Counted from the first letter of the stretch, positions 14,158 to 27,810 are shown. The stretch is DNA of 64,000 bases from the human T2T-CHM13v2.0 reference genome, Homo sapiens (GCF_009914755.1 NC_060929.1); one strand, 5' to 3'. Notes: generated by a model from the sequence alone, not told the origin. Translations and numbers: made by a program.

Positions 14158-14508
14158 TAGTCATCCCTCAGTATCTGTGTGGGATTGGGACACTGGTTCC
14201 AGGACCTCTACAGATATCAAAATCCACAGATGCTCAAGTCCCTTATATAAAATAGTGCAGCATTTGCAAATAACCCACCCACATCCTCCTGTATACTTTA
14301 AATCATCTCTAGATTACCTATAATATCTAATAAAATGTATATGCTATGTAAATAGTTGTTATACTATACTGTTTGGGGAATCATGACAAGAAAAAAAAGT
14401 CTGTAATATTCAGTACAAATGCAATCATCCTTTTTTAAAAAAATATTTTTGATCTGCAGTTGGTTGAGTCCACAGAGGTGGAACCCACAGGTATGCAAGT
14501 CTTGACTG
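14158..14508. mobile_element. MER2-like (TcMar-Tigger) DNA transposon fossil
   Basis: GTCATCCCTCAGTATC...AAAATCCACAGATGCTCAAGTCCCTTATATAAAA...GGTTGAGTCCACAGAGGTGGAACCCACAGG...GACTG. Confidence 0.8.
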
Positions 14509-14539
14509 TGTGTGTGTGTCTGTGTGTTTATGTGTGTGT

Positions 14540-15105
14540 GATTTTTTTAACAGTTTAAGACTCAATAGAAGTTGTAGCAATAGTACAACATTCCTGTTTA
14601 CCCTTCACCCAGCTTCCCCCAATGATAATATCTTACATAACCTTAGTACATTGTCAAAACCAGGAAATTGACATTGGTACAATACTATTAACTCAAATAC
14701 AGACTTTATTTGGATTTCACCATTTTTTTTTACATCCACTGTTGTTTCTGTTTGTGTGTGTGGAGGAATGGTATAGTTCTAGGAAGTTTTATCACATATG
14801 TAGATTTATATAACCTCACCAGTACAACCAGGGTCCAGATTGTTCCATCACCACAAAGAAACTCCTTCATGTTACTCCTTCACAGCCATACCCTGTCCTC
14901 AACCCTAACCCCTGGCAACAATTAATCTGTTCTCTATCTCTATAATTTTTTCATTTTGAGAATGTTATAGACATGGAATCATGTTGTCTGAAACCTTTTG
15001 AGATTGGCTTTTTTTTTTCTTTTTTACTTAGCATAGTGCCCTTGACACCCATCGGTTGTTATGTGTATTAATCTTTTGTTCCTATTTATTGTTGACTAGT
15101 ATGAG
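14540..15105 (-). mobile_element. L1MC-like 3' fragment
   Basis: CCCTTCACCCAGCTTCCCCCAATG...AACCAGGAAATTGACATTGGTACAAT...CCCCTGGCAAC motifs. Confidence 0.7.
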
Positions 15106-15846
15106 CAATATACATTGAGCTTGGATTTGTTGGTGTATTTGTTGTTAGTTTAAGACCAAAGTCAGAAAGATCAAATCAGTAGCTGAGTAGATTCAGGAAC
15201 TGGAATCAAACAAGGCAAGGTTGGGGCTGGGAGAGAGGCAGCAGTACAGAGCAGAGTGGAAAGCAGGAACTGAATTGAGATTGAGAGTGAGAGAGGTGAG
15301 GCCATGCTCCAACCCAGACCAGGAGAGTGAGAACTGCAGCACCGGCATGCCCAGAATCAACTCCAGTCAAGAATGAGGGGTTCCCAGAAGGAAAGTTGAG
15401 CAGGGGAAGTTGGAGAATAATAGCTGAGTGTTCCCTCCGCCTGTCCCTGGCTTACCCAGGCCTTAGGGGACACTGTTCTCCTGGAATTTCCTGATATTGT
15501 TTCTGCTCTGTAGTATCTTATGTTAATATTATGCCCAGAATAGAAATAAAGATACCCCGTGGTCAAAAGTTTTATGCATTTTTTCAAAGTAAAGCAAATT
15601 CCTATGCATTGACCTAACACATAATGACACAGTAGCTTCCACAACCCTGCAGTGTGGAATCTGTGATCTGGCTCAAATTCCAAAGCTTTTTCATGGTGGG
15701 GAAGAAGGAGAGAGAAGAAGAAACTGGGTTTCTTAATTCCAAGTTTATAATTAGGACCATCAAACCCCTATTTGGTAGCTAAACATCTTTGCTTAGCCAA
15801 GATCTGATTGTAAAGAGATAGAAGGAATGGAACTTGAAACAAATTC

Positions 15847-16076
15847 AAATAAAAGCTACCTTTGTAGAAGTCATCATTTGATATTATGGTGAGCAGTCCC
15901 ACAAATATCTAGGAGCTAGGAATTAAAATAAAGCTACCTTTGTAGATGTCATCATTTGGTATTATGGTGAGCAGTCCCACAAATATCTAGGAGCTAGGAA
16001 TTAAAATAAAACTACCTTTGTAGATGTCATCATTTGGTATTATGGTGAGCAGTCCCACAAATATCTAGGAGCTAGG
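15847..16076. repeat. Minisatellite, 78-bp unit x ~3
   Basis: CTACCTTTGTAGA recurs at 15856, 15934 and 16012 (period 78). Units are nearly identical. Confidence 0.97.
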
Positions 16077-16989
16077 GTCAAACCAGTAGATAGCAGCATC
16101 TATTAAGTGCTGCCTCAGAAAATTTTTTATTGAAGTATTTTCCCCTCCCCTTCCAGTTTCTTAATGCAGCTATGTTTGGCCCTTCCACAAAGCTGTACAG
16201 AAATGATTTGGATTACTCAGCCTAACACCAGAACCCTTCTTTAGGCATCCGCAAACCTCATTCAACGTCACAGACCAAGCTTTCAACAGCAGAGATGTTT
16301 TTCCATTTGATAGAATCCTGTGTTCAGGATCAAGTTTGCCAGGGTAAAGAGTCCTTCTCTTCAGAAAGGATGCTTGGGTGTGGGGTTTTATGACCCAAGA
16401 GGTCTCCTCTACACTTGACATGGGTAGAGAAGAATTACAGCACTTAAAGGAAGTCAAGCCATTCCAATTTTACTATATTGTGGTTTGCATCATGGTTGAG
16501 CCCCACTCTTAGCCAGCCCTGACACAATTACATAGTGATCCTCTTCTGCAGAGCTCAAGACGTTTTCATATTCTGTCATGCTACCGGAAAGGAGAATAGG
16601 CCAGGCTGACAATAAACAACAGTAACACTGACCTAGCAGGCACCTGATTTTAATATGTGAATCTACACCTTCAGACACTGGGAAATTCACTTTACTAATT
16701 TCTATTCCTTGTTCTATTGACAAATTAACTTTGGGACATAGTAATTTTAAGCTTTAGTTTTCTCATCTGTAAAATGAGTAGTGTGATTCAGTTTCACACG
16801 TCCCCTTTAGCTCTGTATTTTCCTTGTCTTTGTGTCTTGATAGCCTTGAACATGATTGATTAGTATGAGGGGGAAAGCCCCAACCTGCCATGACTCTTTC
16901 AGAGTTGAGTTTCTGCATTCATGTTATTTTTGTGAGCTAGCAGTGGACAGCATTAGCTTGTCTTTACAAATGGGGAAAGCCAGGAGAAT

Positions 16990-17220
16990 AATAGTGGCAA
17001 ATACTTATATAGGTTTTACTGTGTGCCAGATACAGTTCTAAGCACTTTATAAGAGTTAATTCATTTTATTTTCATGAGAACTCTATGAAGAAAGGACTGT
17101 TATTATCTTGATTTTACAATTGATGAAAATGATGGTCAGAGAGTTTAGTTCATTTGTCCAAGGTCATATGGCCAATAAGTGTCAGAGGCTGGATAGGAAG
17201 CCATGCAGTCTGGCTCCACT
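16990..17220 (-). mobile_element. MIR SINE
   Basis: TACTGTGTGCCAGATACAGTTCTAAGCACTTTA...ATTTTACAATTGATGAAAATGA...GTCCAAGGTCATA core. Confidence 0.7.
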
Positions 17221-20200
17221 GAGTGGCTGGTGGTGAAGAGTCTTCAGACCCAGGAACCCGAATCCAAATCTTTATCAGCTGAGTTATACTGAAGCTTTTT
17301 GTTTTTAATCCCAACCTAGAAGAGGCACTTTTTACCCTTTTTTAGTCCTAAAATGATACAGGAAAGTCAGGAGCTCAGTATGTGGGGCAGAGAAACAGCT
17401 TCTAATCTAGAGACAAAATTCATGGAATCCACATTCATGGATATAGCTTCTAATTGCTTTCTTCTTCCTTGCAATGAAATCCAGTCGTTTGTAAATCCTG
17501 GTTAGGACATCTTGGTAGAATGGTCCTTGAGTTTCCTGTATAAATGCACAAGTCTCCAATCACCCTCAGGCTTCTTGACCCTAAACACAAGCTACTGACC
17601 TCTTCTAGATAGAGTCAAGGTCCATGGCCCAGAGGTACCTACTCCTGCCCAATTGTATCTCCTCCCCAGTCCTGCATGGGGAGGGCTGAACTGTTTTTCA
17701 CTGGATGGTTCCTTCTGCCAGTGCAGCCTTCACTGGCCTTCCCCGACCTCTGGGACTGAACCCTGTGTCCCTGTCTAATGCTCGCTACTTTAGCTGACTC
17801 AACTCCATGCTTGCCCAACTGCAGTAGCTGCCCCCACCCCTGCCCACCAGGATGACTCACCCTGGACCCCTCCTTACCTTGGATCCAGTCAGATAATAAT
17901 ATGTGGAACTCCTTTACCACCTTTAATCAGGTTGGCCAAAAACAGTAGCAGAAAATGTGCTCATAAAATTCTGAATCTCCTTTTGGAGATGATGTCGTGA
18001 AGGAGGTATGGTGATCTTTGACCAAATGCCCCAAGATGGTCGGCTCCGGGCCGCGCTGCATTTCTTATGCCGCATTGCTCTCTCTCCGTTCATTTTGCTT
18101 TCACGATAGCCTGGAGTGAATATATCTTCCCTTCCTTGTCAGCCCTTACTTCTCTCTTAAATTATGTTCTACTGTGTTCTCACAAGATTTTCTCGTAAAA
18201 TATAAAACCACCTTCCTTTTGGGAGAATATGTAGACTGTGGGGGTTTCAGTAGTTCTGACATCATGTTCCAGGGCAGTGCCAGCGACACTTTTAACCCCG
18301 AAGAGGAAATCCCTGCCCCGCTCTTGAGTTGCTCTCAAAGGCTGACCTGTAGACACTATTGCTTACTAATTCCTCCAGCGTGACATTTATCCTGGGGATC
18401 TCATTTTGTGCTAATGTAGCTGAAGTCTGAAGTCAGTACTCTAGTGGGCCTCCCCTATTTTTCCCTATTAATTAATGAACTGTTATTTAAAGTACTGCTG
18501 ACTTCTCTGGGTTCCTGAGTCAGGCAGTTCTACTACTCTGGGCATGAAAGAAAAATAAAATGAAACAAGAGGATAAAATATATTTTACTGGACAAAGTAG
18601 AAGAATGAACAATTATCCCATCAAACACTTTGGAGGAAAGTTCTGAATGTGTGTTGGAAATGATTTAATGCAGGAGCCCAGGATGGTCAGCAGTTGGTGA
18701 GGTCTGGCTGGGGACTCTGTTTAGAAGCACTCCAATTTCCAGAATCACTGTGGCAATATGATGGCTGTCATTCCAATTTACTGATGTGACGAGATGGGCT
18801 CAGATCTGTATGACTAGGGCACTGTGCTTAGCATCTAGACATGATGTAATATTCACAGGAACCCTCTTAGTTGTAGGGGGCAGGGTGGTGAAAAACTGGG
18901 AATTAAGGGTATTACAAAGGCATAAGTAGGTATATTTTATCTCAGACTTGTCAGTTAGGATTTTGTTTCTAAAGCCGACAGAACTACTGGATCAAAGAAG
19001 ATAGCATAAAACTGTTATGTTTCTCAGTAGCACTACGGGAATCCATCAACTGCATCAAACCTTCCCCAATTAACAAAAGCTTGGGTAAATCCTGCATCAA
19101 CTGAAGACTGGCATTCATAATGCCCTTAACTGGTTCCATCACATTAAACCGATTAAGGAAGCTCACAGACACTGTTGATGCTGCTTGGAAACCAGTCCTA
19201 GCAACAATAGCACGTGGAATTTGAGGGGCTTGAGAAAGGCAGCCCTCGAGGAATTAGCTTGCTAGGTAGCCAGATCATTTGGCCAGCTGTGGAAACCATG
19301 TTAGTGGAATAGTGGTGTCAATTTGTGGAGAAAGATTGTGTCTGGTAGTAAAAAAGTGGTTTCCCCAAAGAAGGTCAGAGATGTCTTCTAGAGGGCTGGG
19401 TGGCAGCTATTAGAAGTCAAACTATACAAGAAAGATATTGGTAAAAAATAATAAATAAATAAATAAATAACAATTTTCTCTACAAAAATGTTGATGTGAC
19501 AACCAGTCATCATCTCAATCCTATTTTATTTTTTTATTTTTATTTTTATTTTTTAAGTTATACAAAATTGCACCACTTTAATTAAGGCTTTTAGTTTACA
19601 TTTGGCTACCTCAAAGTAGTTGTAACATTAGGTTGGTCAATTTAAATACTGTGGCTCCCTGTTGGATAGACACACAATCTTTACATCCAAACATTAATGC
19701 ATACAAAGCAACAAGGCATTGTTAAATAAAACAGCAATAGTTACTGCAAATTAGGCCTTGTGACCAATTACATATGATTAAAATTACTTCCCACATTCAC
19801 ATCCACAGTACTCGTCCACCATTTAACATCTCAACCAAAACGTTACACATGTGAAACAATCACTAACAGGCAAAAATACTAAACCTGTATATTTGGTATT
19901 GCAAATACACTTATGCATGAGCAAGCAAGGGATTCACAGTGAGAATCTACAGCTGCAGAAGCCTGAAAATGATTTACAAAAATTGTTAAATCATTAAAAA
20001 ATTGTTTGAAAATATACACTTCTTGTTGTAGACCCCCACTGTACACACGACTATAAACATTGTTCCCTATGTAAACAAAAAAAGGAAACATATAATAAGA
20101 GATTTGAAAAGTCTGGACATTTCCTTCCCAACAGATATTAAAGGCAACGTCTTTAATCTAAGACATTATACTGAAAGGACTATCATATTTTAAAGACAAG

Positions 20201-20239
20201 ATCACTGTCTCCACAGGTTTTTTAAAAATTAAAAAAACT

Positions 20240-20575
20240 GAGAAGGCTCGAAGGCGCCGCGGGCTGGGGTCGGTGGCTTAGGGAGCCCGTCCGGCCATGG
20301 TGGCCGCGGGTGGTGGTTGGCGCGGCTGCGCTGCGGCCCGGGGCAGTGCGGAGCCGGGACAGTCGCGGCGCTGACGCCCGCGGGCCCCAGCTGCAGATAT
20401 GAAGCGGAGCCGCTGCCGCGACCGACCGCAGCCGCCGCCGCCCGACCGCCGGGAGGATGGAGTTCAGCGGGCAGCGGAGCTGTCTCAGTCTTTGCCGCCG
20501 CGCCGGCGAGCGCCGCCCGGGAGGCAGCGGCTGGAGGAGCGGACGGGCCCCGCGGGGCCCGAGGGCAAGGAGCAG
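20240..20575 (+). promoter_or_regulatory. Transduced MAST2 exon 1 (CpG-island fragment) at the SVA 5' end
   Basis: Very CpG-rich. ATG 20399 encodes MKRSRCRDRPQPPPPDRREDGVQRAAELSQSLPPRRRAPPGRQRLEERTGPAGPEGKEQ, the MAST2 N-terminus as I recall it, ending GAGCAG and joined to SVA Alu-like sequence. Confidence 0.9.
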
Positions 20576-22566
20576 CCGCCTGCCTTGGCCTCCCAAAGTG
20601 CCGAGATTGCAGCCTCTGCCCGGCTGCCACCCCGTCTGGGAAGTGAGGAGTGTCTCTGCCTGGCCGCCCATCGTCTGGGATGTGAGGAGCCCCTCTGCCT
20701 GGCTGCCCAGTCTGGAAAGTGAGGAGCGTCTCCGCCCGGCCGCCATCCCATCTAGGAAGTGAGGAGCGCCTCTTCCCAGCCGCCATCACATCTAGGAAGT
20801 GAGGAGCGTCTCTGCCCGGCCGCCCATCGTCTGAGATGTGGGGAGCGCCTCTGCCCCGCCGCCCCATCTGGGATGTGAGGAGCGCCTCTGCCCGGCCGAG
20901 ACCCCATCTGGGAGGTGAGGAGCGTCTCTGCCCGGCTGCCCCGTCTGAGAAGTGAGGAGACCCTCTGCCTGGCAACCACCCCGTCTGAGAAGTGAGGAGC
21001 CTCTCCGCCCGGCAGCCACCCCATCTGGGAAGTGAGGAGCGTCTCCGCCGGGCAGCCACCCCGTCCAGGAGAGAGGTGGGGGGGGGGTCAGCCCCCCGCC
21101 CGGCCAGCCGCCCCATCCGGGAGGGAGGTGGGGGGTCAGCCCCCCCGCCCGGCCAGCCGTGCCGTCCGGGAGGGAGGTGGGGGGGTCAGCCCCCCGCCTG
21201 GCCAGCCGTGCCGTCCGGGAGGGAGGTGGGGGGGTCAGCCCCCCGCCCGGCCAGCCGCCCCGTCCGGGAGGTGAGGGGCGCCTCTGCCCGGCCGCCCCTA
21301 CTGGGAAGTGAGGAGCCCCTCAGCCCGGCCAGCCACCCCGTCCGGGAGGGAGATGGGGGGGTCAGCCCCCCCACCCGGCCAGCCGCCCCGTCCGGGAGGG
21401 AGGTAGGGGGGTCAGCCCCCCGCCTGGCCAGCCGCCCCGTCCGGGAGGGAGGTGGGGGGGGTCAGCCCTCCGCCCGGCCAGCCGCCCCGTCTGGGAGGTG
21501 AGGGGCGCCTCTGCCCAGCCGCCCCTACTGGGAAGTGAGGAGCCCCTCTGCCCGGCCAGCCGCCCCGCCCGGGAGGGAGGTGGGGGGGTCGGCCCCCCGC
21601 CCGGCCAGCCGCCCCGCCCGGGAGGGAGGTGGGGGGGTCGGCCCCCCGCCCGGCCAGCCGCCCCGTCCGGGAGGGAGGTGGGGGGGTCGGCGCCCCGCCC
21701 GGCCAGCCGCCCCGTCCGGGAGGGAGGTGGGGGGGGGGTCGGCCCCCCTGCCCGGCCAGCCGCCCCGTCCGGGAGGTGAGGGGCGCGTCTGCCCGGCTGC
21801 CCCTACTGGGAAGTGAGGAGCCCCTCTGCCCGGCCAGCCGCCCCGTCCGGGAGGGAGGTGGGGGGGTCGGCCCCCCGCCCGGCCAGCCGCCCCGTCCGGG
21901 AGGGAGGTGGGGGGGGGGGTCAGCCCCCCCGCCCAGCCAGCCGCCCTGTCCGGGAGGTGAGGGGCGCCTCTGCCCGGCCGCCCCTACTGGGAAGTGAGGA
22001 GCCCCTCTGCCCGGCCACCACCCCGTCTGGGAGGTGTGCCCAACAGCTCATTGAGAACGGGCCAGGATGACAATGGCGGCTTTGTGGAATAGAAAGGCGG
22101 GAAAGGTGGGGAAAAGATTGAGAAATCGGATGGTTGCCGTGTCTGTGTAGAAAGAAGTAGACATGGGAGACTTTTCATTTTGTTCTGCACTAAGAAAAAT
22201 TCCTCTGCCTTGGGATCCTGTTGATCTGTGACCTTACCCCCAACCCTGTGCTCTCTGAAACATGTGCTGTGTCCACTCAGGGTTAAATGGATTAAGGGCG
22301 GTGCAAGATGTGCTTTGTTAAACAGATGCTTGAAGGCAGCATGCTCGTTAAGAGTCATCACCACTCCCTAATCTCAAGTAATCAGGGACACAAACACTGC
22401 GGAAGGCCTCAGGGTCCTCTGCCTAGGAAAACCAGAGACCTTTGTTCACTTGTTTATCTGCTGACCTTCCCTCCACTATTGTCCCATGACCCTGCCAAAT
22501 CCCCCTCTGTGAGAAACACCCAAGAATTATCAATAAAAAAATAAATTAAAAAAAAATACAAAAAAA
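20240..22566 (+). mobile_element. SVA_F1 (MAST2-SVA / CpG-SVA) retrotransposon
   Basis: MAST2 exon-1-derived 5' end, short Alu-like remnant (CCTGCCTTGGCCTCCCAAAGTGCCGAGATTGC), GC-rich VNTR ~20615-22035, SINE-R ~22036-22531, AATAAA 22532-22537, A tail. 16-bp TSD AAAAATTAAAAAAACT at 20224-20239 and 22567-22582, at a TTTT/AAAA L1 endonuclease site. No CCCTCT hexamer head. Confidence 0.96.
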
Positions 22567-23118
22567 AAAAATTAAAAAAACTATATAGCTGTGTTAATCA
22601 AAGCGCTTATTTTGTACAATAATAATGACCTTGAATTTCTTAAAAAAAATTACAATAAGCTACAAGTATCAAAGAAGCGAAGTTATCTGGAGTAGTCTAT
22701 ATAGGAGCTCTTTGGACTTTCTTTTATTATGCTAAAATAGTGGTGCTTTTAGGATTTACATTATTGTACTCTCCAATACAAAGTATGGGGCATGTTAAAG
22801 TATACAGTACACCATTTTCATACATGTACAACATTGGTGGATGAAGAATGTCTCTTAGCAGTAATACTGGATGTAGCCTCTGGTTTTACCAGCTGCATAC
22901 TCTAGGACTATTATATAAGTAAAAATCTCTCTTGTGATACTGGAAAGTGATTAGAATGTGCAAACTGATATAGTAGCTTTCATCCGCCTCTTAAAGGGTA
23001 CCACCACAGGAAAGTCCATTTAAGATGTTGGTAGGTTTAACAAAGTTGGAATGCTGGCACTGTTGAATTGGGCAACAGTTCTTCAGACCTGGCTCAGAGC
23101 TACAATGCATTTAGTATA

Positions 23119-23685
<567 letters not shown>

Positions 23686-24057
23686 TCAAAACCTAGTACT
23701 CTGCGAACCTCTCACGCTGTCACCGGGTCTCTGCAGCCAGCGTCGCCCCGCGCTCCCCGCGGGTCGCTACTCTAGGCGCCACGGCGGTCCTGCCGCTGCC
23801 GCGCCGCTCCGGCTGGTTTACACGCCTGAATCTGGGCGAGGTTTTCTCAATCCTATTTTATGAAATCCATCTGCCTCTGGTGTTTATGTTGGGGTGGGAG
23901 TTAATAATGAAAGAGCAAAATAATCTCATAATGTACTTGTTCCCATCAGGCCTGCAATGTGTGTCTCTGATGGAACAAGAAAGAGAGAGATCCTGAATCT
24001 TCTTTGCCATGGCACTGCCACTCCCACCTCGGGCCCTAAGCACAGACGATGCTATAG

Positions 24058-24230
24058 ACCAGGAATCACCAAGCTTGTCTGTGAAGGCCCAGATAGTGAA
24101 TACGTCAAATTTTTTAGGCCACCTGTGGTCTCTATCACATTTTCTTCTTTACTGTAGCCATTTTAAAAAATGTAAAAAAGAATGCTTAGCTTGTACGCTG
24201 CACGAAAGCATAGTTCGTGGACCCCTGCTA
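24058..24230. mobile_element. MER58-like hAT DNA transposon fossil
   Basis: CTGTGAAGGCCCAGATAGTGAATA...GGTCTCT...ATAGTTCGTGGACCCCTG. Confidence 0.6.
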
Positions 24231-26324
24231 CAAACCTGCACATTCTTTGTTACTAGCTAAGAATATGTCTCCAAATGTGGACATGGTCTCCTATCCTGAT
24301 AAGCAAGGGTCCTCCTGTTCATCTAGCCCAACGCTGATGCTGGAGGCAGGCTTTGGCTCCTGCTTCATGCCCTCTTGGCCAGCACAAGTGCTGATACCCT
24401 GTTTACTGCTGTTGCTGTGAATGTTAAAGTCTCAGAGCCAAGAATCTCATGTGTTCTGCTGGCACCCGTGAGCCTGGCGGGCTAACTGACTAAATTTCAG
24501 GTAAGGTGAAATCTCAGACCCCTCACAGTTCTTGAGAGAGGCAGAAGGGGAAGGGAAGGAGAGGGGGCATGGTGAGAGATACCAGAAAAAACACTACACG
24601 GAAAAGAGATGACCCAAATGAAGAGGTCAGTTCCCCAACCCCTACGCTGGCCTGGTGTTTAAGTCCAGTTTCCATGTTGGCCTTCACAGAATCAGAGCTC
24701 TTCTTTGCTAGATAAAGTGTGGGGGAGTCTTTGGCTCCCCCTGGAGGCTAGAGTTTGCCAACGACAGGTAGGACCTGAAACACAATATGAATTGCTCTTT
24801 ACTGTAAAACAAAAGGAAAGCTGACCATGACGAGATTTTACTCAAATGGCCCAGGGGTTAGGTATAATTCAATTAAAAAGGGAATTTGTCCTTTAAAGTA
24901 GGGGGATATATATATATGGCTTTAACTAAAAAGAAAAATGGACACAGAATCTAACGGTGAATGTTTAGGTATTAGTGACAGTCATCATTGTTAAAGTGCA
25001 GAGAGAAAATTAGATCTAACACAGAAGAGTAACATGGTGCTAAAATTTCCCGCATATCCCAGACAACTTCCTGTTTGCAGCTCGATGTGCTGATGAGATA
25101 CTTTTAACACGAATCCTGAGGGCAGTGGACCTTAGAAAAATTATCATCTACAATTGTGTGTTAAATTGCTAAGTAATTAAGATGTAAGATCTAGAAAATC
25201 ACATACAATTTATTTCCAACAGCTGAAATTAGAACTTTCTAAATAAAAGCTAACCATACAACCCAAGGGTTTAACAAGTCAGAGTCTGTTTGGGAAAGCC
25301 AGCGTGTGTGTCCCCGAGAGGTGGATTGCAATCAGTAATAAAGGCATGAGTCCAGCCCTGTCAGATCTGTCTGACAGCCCCTACTGCACTCTGTCAGAAT
25401 CTCCGCATGGGGATGGGTCAGGTTGCAGATGGTGACAGCATCATCCGAAAGTCTATGAGAAAGTGAAGGTAACACAAAGCCCTGGGATCCCTACCTTCCA
25501 CACTGCTCTGCTTATCTGCACACACAGCTGTGAGGCTCCAGCCAGGCCCCCAGGAGCAATTTGTTATTTGTGACAACCTTGTGTGCATGGTGTTCTCCCT
25601 CACCCCCCACCCCAACACACACACAGGGAGCCAAAGTTTACTACGTTTAGTCTAAGTTGGGTTTTGAGATTTAAATGTTCAAGACTTAAGTGATTACCGA
25701 TGGGGAAAATAGGAAGTGGCCTGGAGGTTCTCAGTTCGGGGGAGAATGGTTGTGCAAATAGAAAACCATGGTAGTGAATCTGCTACCCAGTTTTCTAAGA
25801 AGAGCTGCGGTTTTGTTTCATCCTGTCTCAGAGCTTTATTAATCAGCCATATTGTAGGTGACATGCTCTAGAACACACAGAATTTATGTCCTTGTGCTCT
25901 TTCCTCTAAGAGCTAATTAATGTATTTTTATTGGTGAGAAAGTTCACTCCACATATTTCTTCTCCTTGCATCATGATCAATTCTCCAATCTTAAAACCAA
26001 ATCACCCACCACCACCACCCATAAACACCCTCTGCTTCAATCCTGGTCCCCATTTACTTAATTCCCATCTTTCCCCTACTTTTAAAATCTATTCATTAAA
26101 ACAAAACAAAAGCCAAAAACATCTTTCCTGGGATTGCCTGGAGAAGACTTGACAGGACCAAGAGGGAAAACTTTCTAACCCCCAATCACTGTTTAGTTTA
26201 TGGCTGGAATTATGGGGGAAAAGTAGAATGAGGTTGCTTTTGATGTTCTTTTGAAATGATTTGCAGCATTGAAAGAAATATTAGCAATTAAGCCATTTTG
26301 ATTTTCTTTAAAACTGAAAGTAGA

Positions 26325-26660
<336 letters not shown>

Positions 26661-26793
26661 TTATATTAATCAATATATTATATATTAATATATACAAATA
26701 TATTAATCTATATATATATGATTCTTAATGCTGTATTTCTTATAGTCTGGGTATCCCAGTGAATGAAATATTTTCAGCAGTGTTTTGGGAAGT

Positions 26794-27114
26794 ACAGAGA
26801 TCTTCCCTTATATGTTCCAGGACCCACTAGTGATACCTAGAATCGCAGATAGTACCGTCCCCTATATATACTGTTTTTTCAATATATACATACCCATGGT
26901 AAAGTTCAACTTACAAATTCAGCATAGTAGGATATTAATAACAATAACTGATAATAAAATAATAAACTAGAGTAATTATAACAATATACTATAATAAAAG
27001 TTACCTAAATATGGTATTTCTGTCTCTCAAAATAACTTAATATTTTCAGACCATGGTTGGCTGCGAATAACTGAAACCACTGAAGGCAAAACCGCAGATA
27101 AGGGGGAACTACTG
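26794..27114. mobile_element. MER44-like (Tigger) DNA transposon fossil
   Basis: Ends AACTGAAACC...GCAGATAAGGGGGAACTACTG; TA flanks. Confidence 0.75.
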
Positions 27115-27810
27115 TATGCTATTCCAGATATGTGTTATTATGTCCCAAACTATCCAAAATCTTAGTGGCTTTAAACAATAGCCATTTTATTGTATCTCAC
27201 ACTCCTGTGTGAATTTGGAACTTGGACAAGGCTTGGCTAGGTGATTCTTCTGTTCTTGGTGGTTTAAACAGAGGTCACTCAGTGGTATTTTGCTGGAGGG
27301 TCTAAGATGACTGACATCTGGGCAGGAATGGCTGAAAGATTGTTTTCTTGTTCTGTTCCTCTAAAATACCAGTTCCTCTTAGATATTTATGCTTTGTTTG
27401 TTCACTGTGCTGATATAGAGGAGATTTCTCTGAAAAGAAAACCATACTTTCATTGTTTATAATTATGCTTAAACTTAAGAAGATAAATACATTTTTCATA
27501 AGTCTGTTTCTCATGCATTTTGGGCCCAGTGGGGACAGTAGGTGAGAGCACCTATCTGTGACCTCTTCAGCATATCAGTCTCAGGGTAGTCAGATGTACA
27601 GATGGGGCCTCAGGGCTCCAAAAGCAAGTGCTATGGTAGACAAGGTGGAAACTGCATGGCCTTTTATTACCTAATCTTGAAAGTCACATAGCATCACTTC
27701 TGTCATACACTATTCATTCAAGCAGTTACCCAGAATCAAGGAGAGGCAACATAGACTTCACCTTTTCATGGGAAGAGCATTGCAGAATTTGCAGCTGTGT
27801 TGTACAGTCA
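27115..27810 (-). mobile_element. MLT1 LTR interrupted by a locally copied ~183-bp segment
   Basis: CAAAATCTTAGTGGCTTTAAACAATAGCCATTTTATT...GAAAGTCACATAGCATCACTTCTG. The interruption at 27339-27521 matches 29674-29853. Confidence 0.75.

Noticed and set aside
15847-16076. CRISPR-like array
   Set aside because: Units are contiguous with no unique spacers, and the context is eukaryotic. It is a minisatellite.
18984-19253. ~89-codon stop-free frame on the - strand, considered as a pseudogene or viral fragment
   Set aside because: No recognisable protein similarity, TSD or linked poly(A). The length is compatible with chance; TBLASTN would settle it.
19443-19470. (AAAT)n tract as the tail of another retrocopy
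   Set aside because: No matching upstream TSD or recognisable body found.
20222-22544. Many long overlapping ORFs (up to 295 aa) on both strands
   Set aside because: Artefacts of the stop-poor GC-rich SVA VNTR and SINE-R. Only the MAST2-initiated ORF has a real gene-derived start.
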